Source: Pristiophorus japonicus (Eukaryota). From it: a stretch of DNA of 64,000 bases. Each line of letters begins with the position of its first letter. The first letter of the stretch is position 1. Shown here in pieces: positions 13,281 to 26,600 of the stretch. Location of the stretch: positions 148,366,001-148,430,000 of the forward strand of contig NC_091991.1 of assembly GCF_044704955.1 (NCBI RefSeq). Direction: 5' to 3'. The notes under the pieces were generated by a model that did not search any database, was not told where the DNA came from, and saw only the letters and a list, made by a program, of their open reading frames with translations. A program made the translations under genes and the position numbers.

Positions 13281-13611
13281 TAAGTCTTCCTGCAGTCGAA
13301 AAGGTCTTGGGAGAAATGGTACAGAGAACCTCACCAACTGTTTCTTCGGTCTCTGTCACTGTACTGTATAGTGAGGCAGCCATTTGATATGTTTGTAGTT
13401 ATTACAGGTCAGCAGTCCAGACGTCGAGTATAATGCTGTAGATCTTAGACTCCCAAGATACAAATTGTAAAACATAGAAATACCTCCAGTAATCTGTACT
13501 TTCCAATCAACTTCTAAGCCTGAACTCAAAGAAGGATTTAATTTGTTTACATTATTTAATGGTTTGCTATTTAGATTAGCAGAGCGCACTCATTGACATG
13601 TTTTTATATGG

Positions 13612-14100
13612 TAGGCTGGTTGATGCACTGAGCTAAAACATTGCTTTTTTCACCTCTGGGAACTGGGCAAATATCCAAGGTAGACATAGGAACATAGGAA
13701 CAGGAGTAGGCCATTCAGCCCCTAGAGCCTGTTCCGCCATTCAATGAGATTATGGCTGATCTGCGACCTAACTCCATATACTCACCTTTGCTCCATATCC
13801 CTTAATACCATTGGTTAACAAAAATCTATCAATCTTTATCAATCGGGACTTTATTAAATGCCTTCTGGAAGTCCATTTAAATAACATCCATAGACATTCC
13901 CCTGTCTACTACATTAACCAGACATTCCCCTGTCCACTACATTAGACTGACATTACCCTGTCCACTATGTTAGACAGATTCACCGAAACCTTATCTCCCT
14001 TGATGGCTGTGAAGATTCCTGAATGAAATGAGTCTGCGCAGCCCCAGTGTTCTTTCCCAGTACAAACATATGGACAACATAGACGTGTTCTTTAAATCCA
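13612..14100 (+). mobile_element. Ancient LF-SINE-like remnant split by a CR1 fragment
   Basis: TTTCACCTCTGGG..., then TGATGGCTGT...TGAAATGAGT resemble the LF-SINE 5' region as recalled; similar piece near 16050-16130. Confidence 0.45.
13684..13975 (-). mobile_element. CR1 3' end plus internal piece ending in three ~28-bp direct repeats
   Basis: CATAGGAACATAGGAACAGGAGTAGGCCATTC tail; GACATT(C/A)CCCTGTC(C/T)ACTA x3 at 13893-13968. Confidence 0.75.
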
Positions 14101-14159
14101 TCACCATATAGTTTAATAGGCAAATGTCAATCAAACAAACTCTAGGATGGACAATGGTT

Positions 14160-14308
14160 ACGTTTTTGGATATTAAGGGAATTAAGGAATATGGGGATAG
14201 TGCAGGAAGGTGGAGTTAAAGTAGAAGATCAGCCATGATTTTATTGAATGGTGGAGCAGGCTCGAAGGGCCGAATGTCCTATTTCTACTCCTATTTCTTA
14301 TGTTCTTA
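14160..14308 (+). mobile_element. CR1 3' end
   Basis: GATCAGCCATGA..TTGAATGGTGGAGCAGGCTCG..CTCCTATTTCTTATGTTCT. Confidence 0.85.
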
Positions 14309-14499
14309 AAGTTTCATTGGTGTACGTGTGCTGGAGACCAGTTTAACTAGGGACAAGGTTGTGAGTCATTTGGTGAGTAGCGCAGAGAGAAACCAATGGA
14401 ATGGGAGTATTGGAAGGATTCACTTTGGGAAAATAATCAAGAGTGGTCATAAAGTGTATAATGATACTCACAAGCTCCCAATAATGAATTGATTATTCA

Positions 14500-14662
14500 T
14501 TGTGTCGGCCATGGCTCAGTTGGTAGCACTCTCACCTCTGAGTCAGAAGGTTGTGGGGGTTCAAGACCCATTCCAGAGATGTGAGCACATAAAATATATG
14601 CTGACACTCCAGTGTAGTACTGAGGGAGCGCTGCACTGTCGAGAAGGTTCTGTCTTTCGGAC
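14500..14662 (+). mobile_element. SacSINE1-like 5' fragment
   Basis: A box TGGCTCAGTTGG, B box GGTTCAAGACC. Confidence 0.8.
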
Positions 14663-14699
14663 AAAATACCAGAAGGGACAGCTTGAACTAAGACACACT

Positions 14700-15382
14700 A
14701 TGTAGGTCAGAGAGAGACTGTGATTATTCAGGAAAATTGCTAGCCATACGTACCAGAAAGACAAGCCAGCGGGATGGTGAGATGTCTACCTGGAGCTAAG
14801 GCAGTGAGGAAAGGTTAGAAAGGATACTGAAGGTGTCACGGCCAGACTCTGTGATGGTAGCCGACCTAGGGGCAAATGACAAGAGGAAAAATAATCATAG
14901 AGGCCTTAAAAGGCACATAAGGATCGCCTTAAAACTCAAAAGATAGTGAATGTAAAGTAGTGTATACATTAAACCTAAATCTCTCCTCCTTTAAGATGCT
15001 CCTTAAAACCTTTCTCTTGGACCAAGTTTTTGGTCCTCTGTCCTGATATCTCCTTCTGTGGCTTGGTGTCAAAAATGTTTTTATTGATCTCACTCTTGTT
15101 AAGTGCCTTGGGATGATTTGCTACATTTAATGCACTATATAAATGTCAATTGTTGTTATACTTCCCCTGTTTGGGAAAGGGGCATTTACCAATAAAATTA
15201 ATAATGCAGATAAATGGATGGCAACCTGGTGTGAAAAAAACAATGTTGCCTTCATAAATAACCGGAAACACCATCAAAATAGAAAGGGCAGGTACTGGAG
15301 AGTTGAGCTGCACCTCAATCAACTAGGAACAATGAGGTTTGCAAGGAGCATTGAGGCATCAATTGAAAGTCATTTAAATTAG
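14700..15382 (+). pseudogene. Old CR1 ORF1 SGNH-esterase remnant, interrupted by an L2 tail (~14975-15158)
   Basis: MVRCLPGAK..ERLERIL..VMVADLGAND and WMATWC..F.NN..LHLNQLGT..FA parallel the ORF1 at 59954-60888. Confidence 0.6.
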
Positions 15383-16424
15383 ATAGGTGTGGAGGGTGAG
15401 AGGGAGATAACCAGAACCCATGCAAGATGGAACATAGAGCAGAAGGTAGTCAGCAGGTGGGCATGGACACTATGTGGTCTAACTTTAACATAGTTGTGCC
15501 CATTGTATGAGCCTAAAATGGGCACAACAATAACCAATTTAGCAGGGAAGAGGCCTCCACCCAATCTGCACATACATTCCAGCCACAGCTAAACTGGTCG
15601 GGGGCCTTTTTTTTTTAGGCGACCCTGGCTGCCACCCGGAATGAGTGCAGGCCTCATTTCAATAGGGTCATGTGGGAATCCCATAGAATACACTTTCCTT
15701 TGTAATGTGCGAACAATTAAATTTAATCGCACCCGGCCAGAGGGAGAACGTCATTAAATCTTCCAAATGGTATTTAGTATGCCTTCGTATGATTCATCGC
15801 CTAATTATATGGTAGGTGATGAGGCAGTCTGCGGAGGTGAGATTACAGTGAGAGGTTCTCCTGGTGGATCACTTTGTCCAAGAATGTCTATTCAAAAAAA
15901 TAAATTAGACTCGGGAAGAACAGGATCATTAGCGTTATTTGACGATCTCATTAATATTGTAATCATTTTATTATATGCAAGAGCGTTTGATGCTTAGTCA
16001 AGTTATCAATAATAGCATTTAGGTGGTACGGTTTATTAGAAGTGTGGTGCGAAGTACAATCCTTTCACATCTGGGACCTTAGTTTCAGATCTCTCTTATG
16101 GCTGTTATGGAACCCAAATAAAATGAGTTCTGGCATTCACACCTCAAGGACTACAGTAGCGTTTCCAAAAATAATACAGACTCAGAATTTGGACTTTTTC
16201 CTCAGACCAGATTGAAAAATTCAAGCCATGTTGATCCTTTGATATTTTATTCCTGTTGTAGTTTAAGCTTGAATTTTTTTCCAAAACATTGTTATTTTAA
16301 GCAAGCTGGTCTCGTAGTGGTTCATAGCGAGGGCCGCTTCTCTGGATCTCAGCCAGACCTCTACACATGCTCCCTCTTTCCCTCTCATCATCTTTGCAAC
16401 TTGTCTACTGCTCTGTATTCTCAA

Positions 16425-16820
16425 GCACTCTCACCTCTGCGCCAGAAGGTTCATATATAAAGGTTCAAGTCCCAATCCAGAGACTTGAGCACAAAATCTA
16501 GGCTGACACTCCAGTACAGTACAGAGGGAGCGCTGCACTGTCAGTGGTGCCATCTTTTGGACTGAGGCTCTGTCTGCTCTCTCAATTGGACGTAAAAGAT
16601 CCCCATGGCACTATTTCGAAGAAGAGCAGGAGAGTTCTCTCTGGTGTCCTGGCCAAAATGTGTTCCTCAATCAGCACCTAAAACAATCCCAGATTATCTG
16701 GCCATTATCACAGTGCTTGCTGTTTGTGGGAACTTCAACAAAGCACTTCATTGGCAGTACAGCACTGTAGAACGGCTTGAGGTCGTGAAAGGCACTTTAT
16801 ATAAGTCTTTCTATTTTTTC
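16425..16820 (+). mobile_element. SacSINE1-like DeuSINE with internal deletion
   Basis: Head, body and tail match other copies. Confidence 0.85.
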
Positions 16821-17114
16821 TTTGCATGTGGAACTCTATTCACCTTTCGTTTAATTGTCCTGTTCCCAAATGTAAAAACATTGCAGTTTGATCACCTCCA
16901 CACATACAGAAATTAGTTACCACACTATTGTAACTTTGCATTGACTGCTGCTCCCACTGCTACCCCACTGCTTCATATAGAATTAACACTTTATTCTAGA
17001 CTTTAAATGCATTAAGGTCACTGAAGTTGCTAACATAAATTCAGACCTTCATTTTATTTTTGTATTACCTATCCTGTTGGGCTTGACGCTTCAGGAGATG
17101 TACACAAAAAGTAG

Positions 17115-17252
17115 AAGATATCAAGATAAGATAGTAACTAATAAATCCAATAGGGAATTCAGGAGAAACTTCTTTACCCAGAGAGCGATTAGAATGTGGA
17201 ACATGTTACCACATGGGGTAATTAAAGCAAATAGCATTGATGCCTTTAAGGG
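17115..17252 (+). mobile_element. CR1 ORF2 C-terminal fragment
   Basis: KSNREFRRNFFTQRAIRMWNMLP. Confidence 0.8.
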
Positions 17253-18404
17253 TATGATGTCTTCATGGAATGATGTGTTCCTCTGCAACTTACATCATTG
17301 GATCACCTCAGTAAAACATTTTTTTTTAAGTTTACCAAACCTTGCACGTTAATCATTGCTTCAGCTTGCCTTCTCCTGGGCCTGATCAAGAAATGTTTTA
17401 TTCAGTGTCCATGGAAATACCACAGGGATGTATGTGAACCATTCAGCCTTTCTGGGCACGGGTACATAGCACAGATGCAGAGAGCTAATGAAAAGGAGAT
17501 GGATTACTCACATGAAATTTTAAAAATTCTATTATAGCTTTGGCCATGAATGGTAAATCACTGACGTACTCCTGTAGGGTTATGTTAGCAATGCCTCATG
17601 AAACTTTTAAATCGTGTCAGATAAGTTAATATGATATGTGGCTCAAATTGACCTGCTTTCTGCCTTGACATTTGAGCTCCATAAACAGACATCCCTGAAT
17701 TATGGATTCATTTTCATGATTAACAAACCTTTTGAGAGAAACAAATTGAATTTCTGGCAAAAAGGACTTTTTAGCTCCACATTTTCACAGAGGGTGGGTT
17801 GTTGTAATACTAAACAATGGAATATGGATATATTTCACCAATACATTTCTTCAAATCAATAATACTTTCAATGCACTATCGTCCTCGAATAAAGAAACTC
17901 ACTCTCCTCTTCCCGACCTTGCAATGAAATCCAATACGATGCCTCAAAGAGACTCTTTTAAAAAAAAATGTATGTTGATTTGAGAAACATGGCAGGTTGT
18001 GGTTGTTGAGTGATCATGACTAATCATATTATTCTTGTTGTTTCAGTCTCCTATCTTTTAATCTCTCATCTACAACCTCTGCCTCTTTCCTGCACTTTAA
18101 TCATTCCCTTTCCTGCCTAAAGCAGAATGGAGATTAAGTAGTCACTGCTGTGTGAAATACTGTACATGTGTGTATCAATAGAGCTGTGCAAATGCCTCAA
18201 TAAACCCATGCTTTATTGCGTTAGGGAATTTGTCTTAATCTATGCTGACCAGCAAATTATAAAAGTGCAATCATTAAATATGTAATGTTTTGGAAATATA
18301 GAAAATATTTTTTTTGAATTCTTGGCTCACTTTGGAGGGGGACCCAGGCTGTGCTGAGTTAGTTGATGCCAGAAAAAGGGGATGCTATGTTTTGCCTGAG
18401 TGGC

Positions 18405-18632
18405 CATAGAAACCTAGAAACATAGAAAGTAGGTGCAGGAGTAGGCCATTCGGCCCTTCGACCCTGCACCACCATTCAATATGATCATGGCTGATCATTT
18501 TTGCAACTTTAGTACCCCATTCCTGCTTTTTCTCCATAGCCGCAAGAGCCACATCTATCTCCCTTTTGAATATATCTAACGAACTGGCCTCAACAACTTT
18601 CTGTGGTGGAGAATTCCACAGGTTCACAATTC
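18405..18632 (-). mobile_element. CR1 3' end
   Basis: (CATAGAAA)n tail; NLWNSPPQKVVEASSLDIFKRE. Confidence 0.88.
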
Positions 18633-19059
18633 TGGCAGTGTGAGTGGACTTCAGGTGAGAATGTAATTGGTCTATTGGGCTGCATTGTGATGCTTCTTAT
18701 GGTTGAATAGCTGGCTGATGGTAGTGGCCAGGCTCATACATGAGTAATGAGCACTGAAACTGTTCCCAGTGTCTGTAAATCCTTATTTAGAACAAGTCAG
18801 CAATGTTGGAGAAGGGGTGGGGTAGGGTGGGGTGGGGTGAGGTGGGGTGGGGTGGAGGATGGGGAAATGTTGATGTTACGTTTTGCCACATACTGTGTCA
18901 CCATCTTGGCTGCATCTCCCATCACTGATTGCATTACAAAATATTTTTAAAGTTATTTTACTTTTAGAGAACAAAGCCATTCATCACGTTTTCCTTAGCT
19001 GCACTGTGGTAGAGCACAGTCACATCCTGCAGCTTATGTTGCCACAACAAATTTCCATC

Positions 19060-19507
19060 ATGTGTCAGCTGTGGATCGGTGGGCAGCACTCGTGCCTCTG
19101 AGTCAGAGGTTGTGGTTTCATAGTCCTACTCCAGAGAGTTGACCACATATTCTAGGTTGACACTCCAGTGCAGTACTGAGGGAGTGCTGCACTGTCGGAG
19201 GTGGTGTCTTTCGAAGGCGACATTAAATCAAGGCCTTGTCTGCCCTCTCAGGTGGACGTAAAAGATCCCATGCTGCTATTTTGAAAAAGAGTAGGGGAGT
19301 TCTCCCTGGTGTCCTGGCCAATATTTATCCCTCAACCAACACCATTAACTAAACAGATTGTCTGTGGGACCTTGTTATGTACAAATTGCTGTTTATTTCC
19401 TGCATTACGACAGTGACTACACTTCAAAAAGTACTTCATTGGTTGTAAAGCATTTGGGACATCCTGAGGTCATGAAGGGCCACTATCCAAATTCAAGTCT
19501 TTCTTTC
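19060..19507 (+). mobile_element. SacSINE1-like DeuSINE, full length
   Basis: Head, body and tail match other copies. Confidence 0.9.
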
Positions 19508-20697
19508 CATCCTATATATTGAAAAAGTTATAACTGGGATCATTGCAGAAATATGTTCAATAAACTGTCACCGGCAGCAGAAAATAAGGACTCATTTAAA
19601 GGCATTTATCACAAAGAACACCAGGCAAAATGATCTTAAAATAATATCTCAGTGCACCAAACTATTTCTGCTTGGCTCTTATTACATGAGATTCTTAAAT
19701 CAGATCTAAACACTTAAATGCACAAACTTCATTCAAGCTCAAATGTTTCCCTAATTACCTCAGTACCAAAGGAGATGAAGAGATTGGAAATAGTGATTCC
19801 ATCTGTCTGCACACATGATGGATTAAGAACACTTGTGGATTTCAACCAAACTTATTAGGTTCAATGCAAAGTGAATATTGCAGATTTTCTTCACCTGCCA
19901 CTCAGATAAACATCCTTTTGCCTAAACTAAATAATGATCAGAGAGTCCTAAACATTGCATTTAAAAACATTTTGCAATGTTTTAGTAAGATTTGCAGAGG
20001 CCCTATTGAACCTTTGCCATAATTATTTTTTAAATTCTGAAGAACATCTTCAAAATGGCAGTGTCGAGTTTGTAAGAGACAATTTTGCCCTATAATCATC
20101 TCACTGAAAGGATAAATGGAATGTTTTACTCTGGTAGAGGAGGAGAATTTGCAGGAGTTTAGTAGAAATTAAAGGTAGCCTCCTGACCCTATGTATATAT
20201 CATTAAGCATTTGAAGTATCATGCTATTCAATGAAGCTTCAATCTCTCATGTGTTGGTGTGACACATATATGGTCATTTGTAAATTGCCTACACAATGTG
20301 CACACATACATACGCTAAGAAAGAATAGGCTAGAAGTTCGTTATAGCCAAGGAATGGGCATTGTCAGGAGAAAAATTGGAGAATCAGCCTCAGGCTCAAC
20401 TGCTTTAGACTGCACGAGAAATTCATGCTCACAGCTCAATAAAATGAATGGAGTCTTAAATCAAGTCTTATAACCCAAGCTCATTGGCGTAACACATAAA
20501 GGGTGGACCAATATCGAGTGCAGTCTAATCGCAATTCATCATTGCCACAGGCTTTTTTCACTACTTAAAAGGGAGGTTCCCTGATGCTACAAAACTTCAT
20601 TCTCAGCATATCTGGCTGTGCTGCTGCATTGGCAAACAGCAACAGAAGCAGAAGCAGAACAAGAAGCAGGAGCCAGAGGACTGAGCCAGGTGTGCTC

Positions 20698-20925
20698 ATG
20701 TCAGGCCCACACCCCAGTGAGAGAGCCCGCAGATTCTCCGATGAAGCTTTGGAGGCATTGGTCTTCGCTGTGGAGAGATGGTGGGTGCAGCTCTACCCAG
20801 TAAGTGGCAGGAAGCTCTCACACCATGTGGAGGAAGGTAGTGCAGCACGTCTCGGGCAGCACTGTGGTCCCAGGACCCACAAATAGCGCAGGAAGAAATT
20901 TAACGACCTCACTCGGATGGTCAGG
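20698..20925 (+). pseudogene. Harbinger Myb/SANT-like DNA-binding protein, exon 1 remnant
   Basis: ERARRFSDEALEALV..MWRKV..RKKFNDLTRMVR followed by a GT donor; frameshifts and a stop. Confidence 0.8.
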
Positions 20926-21328
20926 GTGTGTGAATGCTTCATCAAATGATACATACCACCATCTTTACCACAGTCTTCACACGCTGCTCAAAGCACCACA
21001 CCCCCAGCACTCATCCACCAACAATCTCTACCTAGCAACAGTCACACCCACATCTCATACCTTGCACACAATGACAGCTATTCAACTATGGCAGGCACAA
21101 GGGTGATTAGTTATTAGAATTCGTGTGATATGTTTATAGATAAATGTATTAATAGTGTTTGGAATATTTTGCGGTCTCTTTCATTTCACCTTTGTACCCA
21201 GGAGGACGATGTGATATGCCATGAGGCAGGGATTGTATGATGGGGATGTGGTGAGCTATGGGGATCTGGGGTTTCATTCATGTGAATTGGAGTCTGATGA
21301 GCAGGTCACGGACAGCCCGTCTAGAAGT

Positions 21329-22345
21329 TCAATTGCCTCGCTGCCTCCTCCCTCGCCTCCTCATCCTTCTCCTCATCTTCTTCTGTCTCGTCCTCCTCCT
21401 GAGGAGGTCCCGTAACCCTGGAGGCAAGGGCTGCACCCTCATGATGGCCAAGTTGTGGAGCATGCAGCAGTTCACCACAAAATGGTACACCCCCTCTGGC
21501 GAGTGCTGGAGGGCTCCTCCCGAGTGGTCAAGGCATGTTCCTGGTGGCAGCATGGCTCTCATTATATGAGTGCTGGCAGGAGTGTTGGGGTTGTGGAGGG
21601 GAGTCATGAGCCAGGTGGAGAGCAGGTAGCCCTTGTCTCCAAGCAGCCACCTGCGAGCTTGACGTGGTGGCTGGAAGAGTCCTGGCACACCGGTCTGGCC
21701 CAGGATAATAGCATCGTGGCTGCTGCCAGGAGAGCGAGCATTGACATTAAGGATTCGCTGTCTGTGATCAGACACCAACTGCACATCAAGTGAGTGGTAG
21801 CCTTTGTGGTTGCAGAAGATCTTGGGATTGTTATGCAGTGTCTGCGAAGCCACGTGTGTGCGGTCAATGGTATCCTACACCATGGGGAAGCCTGCTATCC
21901 TGGCAAAGCCACATACATACTTGTCCTGCTTCTCTTTGGTGATCGGGAAGCCAACGTAGTCTCTTCTTCTTCTGAGAGCAGCGATGGATGGCAAACTGTG
22001 AGATGTTAGCTATGCCTCCTGCTGCAGACTAGAAGGATCTGCTGGCGAAGAAATTGAGGGCCACGGAGACCTGGCCTGCCACTGGGAGCAATGTAGTCGC
22101 CATGTTCTCAGGTTGTAGGTCTGGTTACAGGAGGTGGCAGAGTTCTGTGACCACCTCCTTGGTGAAGCGAAGCCTTCTAATACAGTGCTCCCTATTTAGG
22201 AGAAGTGCTCTCAGAATACACTCGGAGGGAACGGCCTCCTGTTGATGGTCCTCCTCCCCCCGCTGTGCACATGTTCCCATCTTTCTCGCTGCCTCCGCTC
22301 CCTCTGCCGTAGATTCTGGAGGGCAAGGTCGCATGTCAGTACAGC
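21329..22345 (-). pseudogene. HARBI1-like DDE transposase remnant
   Basis: CIRRLRFTKEVVTELC, AGFP.V..IDRTHVA, NHKGYHSLDVQLV, GSSHDA, LLGDKGY, CCMLHNLA. Confidence 0.9.
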
Positions 22346-23169
22346 CCCTATTAATGTAACCAAATGTAGTAGTTTGAATCTTTGAAGAATAAATGTAGCT
22401 ATCTTTTAGTGACCAGAAGACTCCTGATACAAAAGAACCTTGAAATTACTGAATGAATCAGTTGCAATGGTTGAAACAAAAAACCCCACTGAAATTGCAC
22501 TAACCTGACAGTGGTGAATTACTGATGATCCTTTTAAATAACGTCCCTGGAGCCGGCTTCCTGGTGCTGCATGCCAGCTCTGCCTGTCGGTGTTTTCTCA
22601 AGGCAGTGAGGTAAGTGGCGAGAGTTAATTTGCAAATCAGGCGGTAAGTGAGCGTTGCACGCTCACTGATGTCACGATCCACCTGCCGTTGATGTTCCAG
22701 GCGATACCTCTTACTGGCGGCGCTATGGAGGGTCAGATTTCACATGCGGTGATGGATTTGCCTCACCCTCGTGATACTGGCCTAGCTCCCCATTAGTGCC
22801 AACTACTGGCACTAACGGGAGTTCCTAAGGGGAGGAATGTTTCTCCCAAAGACTCGAATTTATGAGCTTCATACATGATTTTAGAATGTTCCAAAGTGCC
22901 TTACAGGCAATGAAGTACTTTTGAAGTATATTCACTCCTGTAATGTAGGAAATGCAGCAGAGAATTTGTGCACAGCAAGGTCCCACAAACATCAATGAGA
23001 TAATTGCCAGATAATTTGTTTTAGTGAACTTGGTTGAGGGATAAATATTGGCCAGGACAATGTGGAGAACTACCATGCTGGTTTTTCGAATAGTGTCATG
23101 GGAACTTTTACAATCCACCTGAGGAGGTAGACGGTGTAATGTATGCTGGCAGGTTTGTAGAGCTGTCGC

Positions 23170-23630
23170 CATCAGCCGGTCCAGGCAGCGGGCGGTCAAG
23201 GGGGTCGTTCAGCCCGACTGCCTGCCTCTCTTCTGCGGTTACATCCAAGCCAGGGTGTCCCTGGAGATGGAGCACACGGTGTCCACCATATGCTCGTGGC
23301 CTTCTGCGAGAGCTGGGCGCCGGAGGGACTGGAGTGCATCATCACCCCCGGCAACCAAATTTGGATTTGAATTGAGTTGATGTCCAAATTTAATTTGTTT
23401 ATTGTGTCGGTTTTAGTGCCCCCCCCCCCCCCGCCCCCACTTTTAGCCAGGGCAGGGGGCACTTGTATAATTTGTGTGTTGGTGTCCTCAAAAAAAACCA
23501 CAAAACCTCCCCAAAAAAAAAAAAAATCAAGGGGGCACTTGATTGAAAGTTTCTGTTTTAGTGCCCCCCCCCCCTTTAATCAGGGGCATTTGAGTTAACG
23601 ATTTATGTTTTACAGATTACAACAAAATAG
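23170..23630 (+). mobile_element. Tx1/L1-clade non-LTR element, 5'-truncated 3' end
   Basis: CLPLFCGYIQARVSLEMEHTVST..AFCESWAPEGLECII resembles Tx1 ORF2 C-terminus; 15-bp TSD TTGT(A/C)GAGCTGTCGC (23155-23169, 23631-23645). Confidence 0.75.
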
Positions 23631-23690
23631 TTGTCGAGCTGTCGCATTGTGAGTGGCTTAGCTAGTCACGTGATGTTCAAAAGAATCTAT

Positions 23691-26600
23691 GAGCTATAAT
23701 CCCCACTTTTTTTGCATGCTTAACGCCCACTTAACACCCATTTTACCGTTGAAATTATGTATAACGCACATATATCGCCCATTCTGGCACAAAATGGAAA
23801 CTGACGGGCTTTTTAAGGAGACTTATCTCCGAGCGTTATTTTCCCAATGGGATTAACACCAAGAAAAAACATCACCGCCCGCTCACTTTTTTTAGGCGGA
23901 ATCAGCAGAATGGACGAATTCAATGCCCATAATATCGCCCAGTGTTACTTTCCGCACGGAATTAACGCCGAGATTCAATATTAACAACCGGCGACTGTTT
24001 TTTGTTGTAAAGAGCATATTTACCCAAACTAGCGGCCAAGGAGATTGCCCCCCATCAATTTCACCACCTTGCACACATATCGTCCACAATATCGCTCTCT
24101 CAAAAAACCGCCCACAAAAAGTTGAACTAACCGGAACGAACGGCAATGGTATAGCTGGCATTTGTTAAATCCCACTCTTAAGTGAGGAGCTGATATCGGA
24201 AAGATTTGACTGAAAGAGCACTATTGTGAGTGACAACGCTGACACACTGCTGTGTTTGTGCAGCTCAGACATCAATGGTGCCCATCACCTTGGTGCCAGT
24301 TAAAGTTTACGTTGATTGATGTTAACTTGTATTTAACCCTTTCATGGTAAGGAATCACCAGTTTATAATGGTCCAGCTATCTGAGACAATGCACAACAAG
24401 GTTATGTTCAATAACAAAAGTTTAATACCAACATTGGTCTGAAATCATAAGTATCACAGCCAATAACACCCAACCCCGGCCCACATCCCACTTTTTCCAC
24501 CATTGATATCAATCACATGTTCAACATGTCCACCAACACAGAATACAAAGGCAAAGCAGGAGCGTGATCCCCGGCCCCCAAACATTGCAACAAATTGCAT
24601 ACACCCAGATGGAGATATAACACAGCCATCACTTGCGCACATGCACCTAACTTTTCTTCCCCTCCTCCTTCTTCTCCCCACCTCCACCCCTTCACCTCCT
24701 CGCTCCACGGCACCTGCCTGAGGAACTCCTCAGGCAGTGCCTCATTGGGGGGGATGAAGGCAGATGTGTTGGTTGGACGGGTATGGGAGCGGGGGGTGCC
24801 GAGGGGGCAACATTCTCTGATGCAGAAGCAGGATCTTGGTCCTTGCTCTCATCTGTCGTTCGCAGGGGTGGTATGGGACCTAGGGGTGGAGTGCCGTGCT
24901 CTGGGACCACTGGGAGGCCTGTGGCAGCAGTGTTCCTGGCTATCAGGTCCAGGGACTCCACCATGTGCAGAATGTGCTCGGTCACGGTGGCCAGGTGTCG
25001 GGATATGCCCCCCAATGCTTCGATGAGCTGGTCACCAATATCTACAGTCCTCCTGGACAACTGTACCATCTCTCCACTGTCATGTCGGCACTCGTGGAAC
25101 AGACCTGCTGTGTCCACGAGACCCCCGTGGGGTCGGCGCCGTCCTGGGGACAAATGGGATGTCCTGTGGAGAGGTGCTCTGGCACCTCCAGAGTGGAGGC
25201 GGGAATGACCGGAGGACCAATAGATGGTCTTGGGGTGGAATGGGTTCTGGAGCATGGCAAAACAGGTTCTTTGAAGTCCGTGCTCTCATCCATCGACCCA
25301 GCGGATTGATGGGCGACAATCGGAGCTCCTCAGCACCAGATGTAGTAGGATCATCCGCCGACTCCTGCCCCGCACCCCCATCTTCTGGCCTCTGTGGCCT
25401 TGCCTGTGGCCACGCTGCTGGCTGAGCTGCAAGACACAAATGAGGCTGTTAAAGGAGACAGGGGTGCTAGCGTGACAAGGTGAGTCCAGCACTACACACA
25501 GCATATGCATGAAAAAGTACCACCGCTCTCAAAATCATCGTAGACATCACATTTCATCACCATCAACACATTGTGCATTGCAATGATTTTCGTTAGGTCG
25601 GCATTATTTCTATGACACTTTTAGAAATCATCTACATATATGGTTGGTCGGATAGGAGTTGGTGTGGCATCTATTGACTTTACATCACGCAATGGTGTAA
25701 GCTTTACTCACGTGGCATCACTTCAGGGTCTGCAGATGCATCTGTGGCTGTCTGGGGGTGCTTCTCCATGAGTGCTAGCACTCGCTCCTCCATCTCTGTG
25801 ATGTCGCTGGGGACTGGTGACCCCCAACCCGTTCGCCTCTGCATGGACCTCATCATCAATAGCTTCTTCTGTGAAAGGTGACAGGACGACATGGCATGAG
25901 ATCATTGCTTGATATCGTTGCTAGATACTGTCACAGAGACTGATACAACACATAACCGACAGATGTAATTATGATTATTATCATTCTTTACCAAAAGATG
26001 TACACCGTGACCGCAGGCTTTGAGTAAAAGATTCACGGTAAAAATGCAAGACTGCACATCTGTTGATAGTCACTCATGACTGGTACAAATCAAATTATAT
26101 AAATATATAAGTACATGTAAATCAATATAATGCTCACTCTTGCAGATCCCACAAGGTCATTCCATCGTTTGCGGCATTGGTTGCCCTCACGCATCTCGTT
26201 GCTCGCCGACGAGACCAGCTCTGCTATCTCGGTCCATATCCTCTGGTAGGCCTTTGGGTGTGCTTCCCACGCCCTCCCTCTGTCAAATCACCCCAGCGTG
26301 ACTCGACCTCCTACAGGAGGGAGGCATTTGCCTCGTCCGAGAACCTCCTGGCTCTTTTGCGCCTCCAATCTGCTCCTCTCCCACCTCACTGCTCTCTCCA
26401 GCATCAGTCTCCACAGCATGCTGTGATCCCTCCTCCTCTCCCTCTATTATAGGGCAAATTCGGTCAAATATGTGGCTGGTAACAGCTACTTTTTATTTGC
26501 CTACTTGATGTGAAGCTCTAAAATCTCCCTCCTTCCTCCCAAAGCAGCCACACCACACCCAGCCACACCTTCAGAGCTCCCTCTCTCTTTGCCTCCTCTT

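Larger units (their letters stand above)
20500..22847. mobile_element. Decayed autonomous-type PIF/Harbinger transposon (ends unresolved)
   Basis: Convergent Myb/SANT-like (+) and HARBI1-like nuclease (-) remnants. Confidence 0.8.

Noticed and set aside
21329-22345. Domesticated HARBI1 gene
   Set aside because: Stops, frameshifts and deletions; transposon context
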